From assembly GCF_009914755.1 (NCBI RefSeq), contig NC_060925.1: a DNA stretch of 64,000 bases, one strand, 5' to 3'. Numbering within the stretch: position 1 is the stretch's first letter; every line of letters starts with the position of its first letter. The position numbers and the translations under genes were made by a program. Below are positions 30,261-42,506 of the stretch, piece after piece. This stretch comes from the human T2T-CHM13v2.0 reference genome, Homo sapiens. The notes under the pieces are model-generated. The model saw only the letters and a list, made by a program, of their open reading frames with translations. It did not search any database and was not told the origin of the DNA.

Positions 30261-30699
30261 CCATTCCCAACTCCCCTCTCGCGGTCTTTCTTCCTGAATC
30301 TGATTCCTAAAATGTCTTCCAGTGGACACGAGGAGGAGAGCTCCCATCCAAACTGTTCCCAGGCAAACGTGTCCTTGCTCTTGATCCGTGTGGAATTCCA
30401 AGTCCCCCTGGCAGAGAGCGGCTTCTGGGACTCTGGGAGGGAAGAATCTTCTTTAACCCCAGTGGAAGTGCAAGCAAAGGCGGTTGGCAGTTGGGCGTGA
30501 CTGCCCAGAACACCAGGGACCCGCCTGGAGGTCTCTGCTCCCAGCCTGACCGCTGGCTGCAACCCTTTCTCCCTGGGCCCCTACATCCCACCTCCCATCA
30601 CATCCTAGCCCAGAGGTGGGTATCACCAATAGCTCTCCTGGCCTGCAAACAAAAGGCCAAGACCACTGCAAGAAGCGAAGGAATCAACCCCATGAGCTA

Positions 30700-31560
30700 A
30701 ATGTAGGGAGTTTGCTTTGGTTCACATTTATTTTTTCCTTCCCACTGGTGAAACAAAAGAAAGTTTGTTGTTGAGGTTCAAACATTTCTTGGGCCTTGTC
30801 CGAGTCTTACCTTGTTTTTCTTTTCCTTTCTGTCTCCCCCCCAGCCCCACCCCGTCTTCCCTGCCTCCCCACCTTGAATAAATAAAGCACCCGAAGCTGG
30901 CACCGGCTGGTGAGGAAAGTACAAACTATCTCATAATTTTATAATTTTTTTTTTTTTTTTTTTTTTAGCACACTGGCCTAGGGTTTTGGGCAAAGGACAA
31001 AAGCTATTGTTGCACAGCACAACACGAAGGCTGAGTCACCGATACGCCTCAGCTTCTCGAGATCTCATAGGTTTCTGTGGCTGGCACAGCCGGTGAGCTC
31101 AGCGCCCTGCGGGGGCCGTGGGTGCAGGCGCCCTCTCGCCTGGCGCTGCCCCGCCCCCTCCCCCTTGCCAGGGCTCCCTGCCGGGCCGACACGTTGGCTT
31201 TGTTGGTTTTTAATCATAGGGGGGGAATTTAAATAAAATGTTGTGAAATAAAAAACAAATCACCGTAGTCCCACCACCCTAACGCTATAATTTTCATTTT
31301 GGAGGATCACCTTTCAAGCGTTCTACAGAAGCATTTGGATTTTTATATAGTTTCTCTCGCAGCGTTCACAGCTCTTGGCATTTGGTATAGTTTTTCACTC
31401 ATATAATAAACATTTTTCCATGTTTCGAAACCATCCTCGGGATGATAATTTGTACAGGTGACACCGTATTTATTCCGTCGTGATATTCCTGGGCAGACCC
31501 TATGAAGTGAGAAGGGGAGAACTCTCTCGGAATTGAATCGTTTATTTGCAAGATTCCAGC
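30700..31560. promoter_or_regulatory. Putative intronic enhancer with small CpG-rich core
   Basis: CpG-rich patch at ~31020-31200 with AP-1 TGAGTCA (31032), flanked by TE-free AT-rich sequence with TAAT/TTTAT motifs. Confidence 0.45.
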
Positions 31561-32389
31561 CAAGGTGGGGGCTTTGCCCGAGTGACCCAGATCACCTGGC
31601 CCTTGGGGATCTGGCCTGGGAGTGTGTACCTGGAAGAGGGGCAGAGGCTCCACCAACACCCCGCCCACCCTGAGCTGGGCCAGGAGTGCCCTGGCCCTTG
31701 TGCCCAGAGAGACACGGGTTCCAGCAGGAGCCCTCACCCTCACGGTGACCTTCACTCCCCACAAACTGCACTTCCTCCTTATAAAGCGCCCTGGCAGCAA
31801 AAGGCCCACGACAACGCTCTGCTCTCCATTTTTATATCTGAATATCTCAAAGCACTTAGCAAAGACTGTCATTTTCTCATTACCCCAAGGAGAGGAGGTC
31901 ATTCGGGAAAATGGTACAAATATTCCCATTTGTCAAAAGCAAGAAGGAAGTGAGTTAAAAGGAAAATTCTGCCACTTAACTGAGCAAAAGCTACCCAGGA
32001 GAGAACACTGGGGTCTCGCCTGCCTCTCCATTCAGCCAGTTTGCCTTCTCCAGTGCAGTTTCAGGCACCTCATTACCAAAAAGATGGCTCAGAGCCAAAA
32101 CCAGGTTTCCATTTTGCCAAGAATCAATCCCTCCCCGGTGGCCCCAGCTCAGGAGACCCTCCTACCTCATCCAAAGTCTCAATCAAAACCATATTCTTTT
32201 ATGATTATAGTTATGTAAAATACATGTTTAATAAATATATACAGTCACCAAACGGGGGAAAAACACTAGACAGAAATACACCAGATACTAAACAATGTTG
32301 TCTCATGATAGTTAAGTTAGGGGTGCATTTTTTTCCCTTTGATCTATTTTCAAAAACTGTTTAAAATATGGTTCTATTTTTCCGGTGCA

Positions 32390-32610
32390 TAGGGAAAAGC
32401 GTGCATTTCAGAGTCAGATCAACCAGCGTTGGAACCCTAGCTCTCCTTTAATGAGCTGAGTGAACTCAGGTAAGTGACTGAACCTCTCAGAGCCTCATTT
32501 CCTGCCAGGTACAATGGGAATCGAACCACTGCTTGCCTTGTGTCTTTCAATCCCACAAAGAGTCACAGCGCAGCATCTGACACACAATCGGCCCTCAGTA
32601 AATGTCTATT
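32390..32610. mobile_element. MIR
   Basis: aagtgactgaacctctcagagcctcattt core. Confidence 0.65.
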
Positions 32611-33389
32611 TCCTTTCTCTTTTAATAAAATAAGAATGTAAAATCAACTCAGCTTCCTTGCTGCCCCTTAGGGACAGAGGCAAGACCCTTCTCCTGCACC
32701 CCCTCTCCAACTTCATTCACATCCTTCACCTGTCTCCCCGCTCCCCTACTCGCCCCACCCCAACAAACCCCCAGGACACAGACCTCAGGATGCTGGTCCT
32801 GGCTCTCCTGTGACTTGCCTGGAGGGCGAGGAGGGGGCTCTGGGAGGAGAGAAGCTCCTCCTTCGACCTTCTCCACTAGCACAGGCCCAGGCCAGCCCCT
32901 CCAGGCAGCACACAGGCCTTGTGCAATGACTCGGAGGACACGCAGGGAGATCCCTGGGTTTGTGCCTTCTTGGCAGCTACCCTCTGGGAACAGGTGCCAG
33001 GCTGCAAAGGCCACCTGCTCCTGGGGAAGGGCAAGGGCCACACTCCCGTCTGCGAGGAGAAGCCAAGGAGAACCAAGATGGCGCCAGTGCTTGGGAGTCA
33101 GCTCCTCCCTGGGCAGGCAGTCCAGGCCAGCCCAGGGACTGCCACCTGCACGTCCAACAGCTCAGCCCTGGGCATTGCAAGCCTTTCCCTGCTCCCTCGA
33201 GGGCTCTGTACTGGGCGGACACGTTTGCCTTGCTATTGGCGAACATGCTCCAACAGACTTGTGGTGGCCACAGCCTCTGGGATGACGCTTCAGCCTGGCC
33301 TTGGGGGTCTCTGGAGCTCAAACACAGGGAGCCCTCTGCCTTACTGCCTTCATGATGACAGATGGGGAGGGTGGAGTAGAGACAGTACT

Positions 33390-33610
33390 AGTAGCAACGA
33401 TAGCTACCCCTCATCACCATGTGCCAGGAGCCCTTCCAGCGTCATTTCATCTAATCCTCACAGCAACCCCAAGTGATAGGTGCTATCGTGAACCCTCTTT
33501 TACAAGTGAGAAAGCTGAGGCTGAGAAGAGCCCACAATATTCCAAAGTCAGAGTCCCAATAAGGAGAGACTAGGGATTTGAGCCGAGGACTTTACCACTA
33601 TCCTCCCAGC
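33390..33610. mobile_element. MIR
   Basis: taatcctcacagcaaccc...ttttacaagtgagaaagctgaggct. Confidence 0.7.
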
Positions 33611-34911
33611 ATAGCTCCCCAAACAAGCAGACTCCACCAGCCTTTTCCAGAAAGAGTCCCCTGAGGGGCCTCCCTGGCCACTGGGGGCACAGACACCCCC
33701 CAGGAGCAGGTTGTAATTCTGCCAAAACAAGGGCATCGCTGTGCCTCTTGCCCTGCAGAAATAGGAAAGACGCTACCCCTCTATAGAGACAGGTTGGTCA
33801 GGCTAAAGAGTTGCTATGTCACAAATGAGGAGCACGACTGGAGGGGTATTTGAAAGGAAGCAGTGTTTCCCTCCCTGCAGCTTCTGGGAATGCTTAAGTG
33901 GGGAGGTCTAGGGACACGGGGCCATTGGCGAGAGGGCCTGGTACTAGTAAGTATCTACTGACTACGGTACTGGTGTGGACACTGTGGAATGGACAATGAT
34001 GGGGGCAAGGCCCTTGGCATCCATGAACCCTCAACATCGAAATCCTTCTTTACAAACCAGGGATAAGACCAACTTAAAATGGTGTACTCTTTCTTTTAAA
34101 ATTAAAATAGGTCTCTAAGAGCAGGTTGGACACGGGGAGGACACCAGACAAGGTCCCCACGGCATGAGCCACCAACTCCCCAGCTGCCAGGGACGAGGTC
34201 CTGGGACTGAGCGGCAGGTCCCATAAAAGCTGGTGGAGCCCAGCAGGGTGGGGGCCGGGTGGGTCACCCGGGACAGACAGTCTCCAATCGTGCTGAGCAC
34301 AGCACGTCCCTTCATTCAGGAACCCAGAGTAAAATGTACAGCTGGGTCTAGAGTTGATTCAGCCCTTAACTCATTCGGGATCGCTGGCGGAGCCACTGAG
34401 GCGGGAAGGGGAGTGGGCCTGGTCACCTGGGGGAGGGGGCTGGGCCGTCCCTGGGAGGGGGGAAGGCTGGGGCACGACCCCTGCTGATAGTGTGTGATAC
34501 GTGCAAACAGAAATCATAATTCTTTGCAAAATCCCTCTCAAAACCAAACAGGCACTGAGAGTTGAGGGAGGGATGAGGGAGTGTGTGTTGGGTGGAGGGT
34601 GGGGGAAGCTTGTTTTCTACCCACTGCCAAATTCTCATTTACTGTCAGCTCCAATCCATTTGGAACTCACTGACTCAATTGCCTTTTCACGGGGAAAGGA
34701 GCCGGCACAATGCAGGGGACTTTTCAGCTTCACATTAGCACACAGGGCGCTGGGCAATGTCCGGGAATCAACACACACGGCCCTCCCGGGGCCACCGGCC
34801 ACCCCCGCCTCCAGACAACCCAGCCAGCCCTGCCAGGGCCACATCTGCTCAGCCCTGCTTTAATATTTGGGGTTTTATTTATTTATTTTTAACGGCTAGG
34901 CCAGTGGAGAA

Positions 34912-34912
<1 letters not shown>

Positions 34913-34946
<34 letters not shown>

Positions 34947-34950
34947 TGTA
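34913..34950. repeat. (TG)n microsatellite
   Basis: Directly visible. Confidence 0.95.
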
Positions 34951-35251
34951 CATGTGCACATGGGCAAGCGTATATGTTTTGGGAGAGACAGGGGCTCTAC
35001 CTCCCAAGAAGAAGGGCCTGTAAGAGTTCATTCCAGGGCAGTTCCAAGTCTTCCTTTTGCCCAAAGAAAGGAGGGATGGAAAGAAGAAATCCAAATTAGG
35101 TCTCCAGAAGGAAAGGATGTGAGGGGGTGGGGGTCACTGAAAGTAAATCTGGAAAGGGTCAATTATGGATAAATCCACATTTGCTGGGAGAGTGTCCCTA
35201 AGAACTCCACAGGCCCAAACACTATTCAATAATCATTATGAAAATAATATT

Positions 35252-35556
<305 letters not shown>

Positions 35557-35992
35557 CTACAATTATAATCATCAAGATAACAATGGTGGTCCCCATTTTT
35601 CAAGTGCTCACCCTGTGCTCTCTACCAAGTGCTTTCTGCGCCACCTCCATCAATGATCACAAGAACCCCAGCGAGGCGGCACTGCTGACTGCCTGCCCAA
35701 TTCCACAGGACTGGAGAGGTAAGACCCAGGCCCACCGTCACAAAGGTCCTAAGTGGGAAAAGAAGGGCTTAAGCCCCGTTCTGCCTCACTCTAGACCAGC
35801 CATCTCACCCTGCCCTGGGAGAGAGGAAACCTGCAGCAGAATCAAAAGAGAAGATGTCCTGGCACCACAGAGACCTTGGTCTTGGGAGCCCTCACGACAT
35901 CTGGGTGTGCCCCCGCCCTCCATCTCTATCACTGTCCCATGGGGGGGTCCTCCATTTAGCCCAAGTTTGAGGGAAGCATCCCTCGGAGGGAA

Positions 35993-36546
<554 letters not shown>

Positions 36547-36664
36547 TAGACTAAAAGCATCTAAAGACAGGAGGATGACCTGCCATGAGAGGCCCCACCT
36601 CAGTCAGCAGGCCCTCTCCTCTGCTCCTTCACGGCCTTTCAAAAATTACCAGTCAGCCTCCAAC

Positions 36665-37050
36665 TTCTCTGCCTGCCTGCCTTCTTGTCTTTCTTTCTTG
36701 CTTGCTTGCTTTCTTGCTTTCTTTCTGTCTCTCTCTCTCTCCCTCCTTCCTTCCTTCCTTTCCTCTCTTTCTTTTCCTTCCTTCCTTCTTTCCTTTCTTC
36801 CTTCTTTCCTTCCTTCCTTCCTTCCTCCCTTCCTTCCTCCCTCCCTTCCTCCCTCCCTTCCTCCCTCCCTTCTTTCCTTCCTTCCTTCTTTTCCTCCCTT
36901 CCTCTCATTCCTTCCCTTTCTTTCTCTTTTCCTTATCCTTATCTTCCTTTCTTTCTTTCTTTCCTTCCTTCTCATCTTTTTCCTTCCTTTCTTCCTTCTT
37001 TCCTTTCCTTTCTCTTTCCTTCCCTCCCTCCCTTTCTTCATTTCTTTCTT
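36665..37050. repeat. Polypyrimidine/polypurine (TTCC/CTTT/CCCT)n tract
   Basis: ~385 bp almost purely pyrimidine on the plus strand. Confidence 0.95.
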
Positions 37051-40000
37051 AGAAAAAAGCATCCGTTTAATTAGATAAATCCTTCAAGCACGTGGCCTGG
37101 AGTTCGTCATGGAAATTAACCTGCTCCCAGATCTCAGATAGTGAAACAAGAACCGGAGTGTTTTGGCATAGCACAGTGAAATGGGAGAGGCCGATGGAGT
37201 TTCAAACACCTCATCTTCCATAAGTGCCCCTCGCCCCTCCAGTGCCCCCCGCTTCACGGCCTCATGCCCTTGCTTCCTTAGGTCACTGCCTCCACCCCAC
37301 CTCTGCTTCTCCTCCTGGCCCCGCCCTGCCTGTCTCGTGGCCCTCCACCCAGGCCTGGGGAGCACCCATCCCTGGGGCAGGTGGGAAACCTCAGCTCCAT
37401 CCATGTCAGGGGCTAAAGGGACAACCGTTGTCCTCTGCCCCTTGGCTAAGCGCCGAGGCTCTGCGATGAGCTCAGGCCAAGACCCAACTGAGGCTCAGCC
37501 CACAACAGCTGCTTCATCCTCCTCCTGCGCCCCTGCTATGTGCTGCTCACTAGCAGTGTGCGTTCCGTAAAATAAAGCTCAAAGTGGAACCCCAGCAAAT
37601 GTCAGCTGGGATCCTCTCATCTAATTCTCATGGTCCACGTGACGGGAATTCCAAGTCCCATTTTACAGATGCGGAAACAAAGGCTTCGAGGAATGAATCG
37701 TCCAAGTGGAGGAAACACAATTCGCCTTCAGCTCAGCCTGGCTCCTGATCCCACGCGCCGCTCCCTCTGCCAGCCACACAGCCTCCATCTGCGAGGCGCT
37801 CTCGTGGGCACGACTCTGGGATTGCCAGCACCCAGAATTCAACTCACACTGGCAGAGGCCACTGGCGCCTTGGGCCGGTTTCCAAGATCTGCCCTCACCC
37901 CACCCCACCCTGGCCTTCTGTCCCAAACAGCTCCCATGATGACCCACCTCACCCCACCGAGCTCCAGGAACACTTGGTCTGGCCAGTGTGGGAAAGAAAG
38001 AGCAATGGCCCCTGCCCCACTTGAGGGACTGACTCCGCATGTGGGCAGAGTCTTCATTCTCATCCCCTCCAGACCCAGCAGCAAAAACACCAGGAGGACC
38101 CCAGGCAGGCCAGAGAGGTAAAGGACAAAATGCAGAATCTGTGTGCAGCACCACGTCACCCTGCACTAGGGGCCCAGCTCCAGACAGACAGAGAGCAAGC
38201 TCTCCCGGTTCCCCTCTCCATGGCAATCCCTGATAAGCCGCAAGTGTTTCCGTGTCCTCTCCCGCATGGGTCTGTAACACACACAGACATGTGGTCCTAA
38301 CATTTCACACGTCTTAGCTCGTGTAACCCTCACATCAGCCCCACGAGGTAGGTACTATTATGCCCATTTCATAGATGAGGCACCGGCCAGTTAAGTCACT
38401 GATGAAAGGTCACACGATTTTGATCCCCAGCTAACTCGCTCCAGAATGCACCATCTACACTATATACAGCTCCTCAAATGAACCTGTTGGCTCCAGAGGC
38501 ACAAAACAGTAAAGCACACCCCATATCCTGAATGGGATCCCCCATTCTGCCTGAAAGGCAGCCCCCAAATTCACCCCCAAGTTCCCAATGATAACAGAAC
38601 CAACCTGCAACCTGACACAAAAATGTAACCCCAGCACCACCCGCGACACCCAGGCTCACGGCTTTCTGGAATGGAATTCACAGGGGTCCCCTTTGAGACT
38701 GATACCATATGACATAAAAACCGGCTCCCCTGACCTTGGGGACACCTTGCACTTGACAATGCCAACCATGATAAATTCTTCGTTACGTTTAATTACTTTA
38801 AAAAGGACTTTCATAGCTAAGAGCACAGCCAACCATCAGGACACCCTTCCGAGGGTGGTACGGTCAGAGGCCATTTGACAAGAGAGGAAACTGAGGCCCA
38901 GAAAGGTAAAATGACTACCTAAGGCCACACAGTGATTTACTGCAGAGCCAGTACCAGAACAGGGTCCCCAGATGCATAGCCCATCAGGCCACATCTCGCA
39001 AGACCTCAAGTGTGGGGCTCGCAGAAGGGTAGGGGAGTGGACAGTTAGACCTGAGTGGAGCTCGGGGCCACCCGTGTCTCACCCCGTCCCCCGATCCCCA
39101 GCCAGAGATGCTGGGGCCTGACCCATGGTCTCCCCAAGGATCAGATTTCCCCGAAATTCCCGAAGGAGCTGTGGGGACGAGTGGGCCCAGAAATGGCCCT
39201 CACATAGCGAGCGGCACAGCTGAGCTCCCCGGGGGCGAGGGGGGCGGGCGGAGCTGGAGACGCTGGCACAGCCCTCATAGGTACTCTGCCAGCAATTAGT
39301 GCTGGGGAAGGGTGCCAGCCTGGCAGAGCTCATTCCCCCACCCCTTCTTCTCATTTACACACGCGCACGATCACCCGCACACACACACACGCATACACAC
39401 ACGCTCACCCACCCAGAGACCATCAGCAAAGAGGCAGCGAGGCTTCCTTTAGGTAAATCTCATCAGCAAGGCACACGCAGGGCATGCAATTTGGCCATTA
39501 CTGCTCTTAAACAACAGAAAAGCAGAATCCACCCGCCATTAACCCATCCCACTCTCCCTCCGGGCTTCCCACCGGCTCAGGCACCAGCCTTCACCTCTGA
39601 CTCCCACACATCCCCTTTAAAAGCTCCCCAGAAGTTGCTTTCCAAAAGAAACACAGAGTTTGAAAAAATGTTTTTTTTTAAAACTATGATAAGTCCAACC
39701 TGAATTGTGCTATTCTCCATGCTGACATCTCTCCACAGAGCAAACTATCCAAGGTTCAAACATGACCTTGCCTAAGACCGTTGCTCAAACATCTTAGAAT
39801 CCCAGAGAACGTTAGCTGGATACGGGGATGTTCTCATCCAGAACATCCCTTTATATGTGCCCAAGAGCTCTGCCATTAAGGGGATGTATCCATTACTGTG
39901 GATAGGGGAACCGGGAGAGCTGCCTTTGGCTTGGTGAGGGGCATCGCTACCTGAGCAGGTGGGGTTCCTCACAGAGCAACCTGAGTGCTAGCCCCGATCC

Positions 40001-41248
40001 ACCTATGGGGTCCCCTGGGTGACAGTTTGACAGCACTCTCCTCTCCCAGTGCAGAGGCAGGCAGGTGGGAGTAGTGGTGGGGACCGATCTTGCCTCCTCC
40101 CTCCTGCCCCCCTGCCTCATCCTGGAGAATTGGAAAGAAGCCCACCAGAGCAGGGGGCCCTAGAGGGTCCTTAGACTGCATTTATAAGATCTGCGAAACC
40201 CCTCAAAGTATAAGCAACATTTATGCTTACGAGATTTTTTTTATTAAGAGGATTCTCAAAGGGGGCACATGGATTCAAAAGAAGGGAAGAAGCACAGCCC
40301 AGAGACTGCCCGCCGTCAAACCCAGGCTCAGCAGTGCCTCACACCCAGGTGGCCAAGGATGGAACGGGCGGAGACCACAGGCAGGACTCCAGTCGTCTTG
40401 GCAGCAAGTGTCCCTGACCGCTGCCTCCTCACCCGGGAGCTGCCCCGGCCTCATCCTTGCTTTGCCTGGAAGCTGGTCACTGGCAGGGCTGGCCCGGGAG
40501 CTGTGCCATGCCCTGGGCCAGCGCCCTCCCTCCTGTGTGCCAGGGCTTCCTGCCCAGCCAGCAGAGGCATCGCACAGAGGAGCCCACCAGTGGGGACAGA
40601 GGGGAAGCCAGCAGCCGCTGCCGCTCTGCAGAACCTCGCAGATCCTCTAAGCCACCTAGTGTCCAGAGCTGAGCTCTAGCCACCACTCTGTCCCTCCTGC
40701 TTCTCACAGTGGCCACTGCAGGGGAGCCCAAGGGGACAGTAAGGGGGAGCGTGGGGTGGGACAAGCCTCCTCTAACCCTACCCCCACCTGGGCCTTCTCC
40801 AGGGACTTGAGGCCAGGGGTCAGGAGCCAAGCTGTTTGGGGACATGGCGCCCAGGAGAAAGCAAATACCCTGTGGCCCCTGCCCACACCCCCCACCCAAG
40901 ACAGGGCTGTTCCCATCACCCCTGCTCCTTGCTCCTAGCAAAGCCCCCTATCTTTGAGATCCCCTGGGTCATCTCAGACAACCCATCCCACCTGGGACAT
41001 CTTGGGGTCCCCCCACCCCAGCCTCCAGGCCTCCTGCTGAGCCTCCCAAACCCTGGGCCTGCCACTTCCCCAGGGCCTCTGCCTGCCCCCCCCACCCCCT
41101 CCTCTGCTGGCTCTTTTCTCTGTGTCCTCAAGACTCCTCTCACCTTGAGAAGTGTTAGGATTACCCAGCATTTACACTCAATGCGCTTCCTTATTCCTTA
41201 AGACTTATTAAGAATGATAATGAGTTCCGAAGGAGCGACACGTCCCTG

Positions 41249-41300
41249 TCTCTCTCTCTCTCTCTCTATCCTCCTCTCTCTCTCTTTCTCTCTCTCTCTC
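41249..41300. repeat. (CT)n microsatellite
   Basis: Directly visible. Confidence 0.9.
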
Positions 41301-42377
41301 CCCGCACCTTCACTCTCTTTCTCTACGTGTCTTTTCCACCAAAGACACATAGGACAAATCCAGACCAAAAGGGAAAAAATTTCCAACAATATGGAAGAAG
41401 GGCACTTGAGAATTTCTATTCAATAAACCCATCTCTCTTCTTCCTTCTCCCTGGTTGTCCTCAATTATTCCAAGTAAGAAAAAAAAACTCCCCCTTCCCT
41501 TCACACTGTCCAGGCCACCCCTCACTCTGCCGGACTTTGAACAGGGGGAACAGGAGAAGGGCCCAGCTTGCCTGCAAAACCTCGTTAACGTGCAGCTCTT
41601 AAACGCTTGATTAATTTTTGCAGAATTTACGACAGGCTTTAGCTTTTTTTCCCCAAGCTGTGGCCTCAGAGCCACAGCAACTTAACTTGGTGAACTCAAG
41701 GGGGCCCGAGGGGGGGGTGCCCCCCTCCCCCAGTGGCCTCCTGCTGCTGGCACACCAGGCAGCCCTGCAACCAAAGGGAGCCACGCAGATGCCACCGCCC
41801 AGGCAGAAGACAGACCCACTCGCAGAGCGGCGTGGCAGCCAGAGGAGAGATCACCAGGCAGCCAGAACCACGGCTGACTTCTGGCCATCTGGGACTTTTT
41901 AATTTCAAAATAAGAAAGCCAGTAGAAAGTGGACAGAGAAGAAACCAACACGGGGTGCTGGCAATGATGCTTCCAGCCTGCACCCTCCCAACCACGCCAC
42001 GTATCCCGGGCACAGGGACCGGCCTTATCGGTCTGCCGGGCTGCCCTTCAGAGAAAGGGAAGAACAGATCCTAATGAAATTACGGTTTTTAAAATGTCTA
42101 TAAATTAAATCTCTCTCCTCTCTCCGTGAATCTCCCCCTGAGCTCCCTCTCCTCTACCAGGCTTGTTTGCCTCTCTTCGGTTCCCTCTGCTCATGTCTGT
42201 TTTTCTGATATAGACATCAAGAGGTTACGGGCTCAATTACAACTCCGCTGGAGTCTCAGCATCAGACTGGCTCGGCCTTCTCTTCTCCTCTTCAGAAACA
42301 AGATACCAAATAAATCTCTCTTCTTTATATTTTTATTTTCAATGCCAAAAGCCTAAAGATTCATTCCGTGGACTCAC

Positions 42378-42506
42378 AGCCTTTTTGAACTTCGTTCAGA
42401 TGGTGGGGAGAATATTCTTTTTAATTGTGTGTGAGTACAACATAAATGCTTCTCTCTTTATCTCATTCCCCCCTTGTAAGGACACACACAAAAACCTTGG
42501 CTATGC
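42378..42506 (-). other. Candidate alternative 5'UTR cassette exon (129 bp)
   Basis: Acceptor cctctccccctttttaaaatttcag|GCATAG and donor GGCT|gtgagt in a TE-free AT-rich block. Confidence 0.45.

Noticed and set aside
36800-36890. GGAA microsatellite as an EWSR1-FLI1 response element
   Set aside because: Only about five consecutive pure units; heavily interrupted.
36575-37078. Membrane-like F/L/S/P and K/E/R/G ORFs
   Set aside because: Translations of the polypyrimidine repeat.
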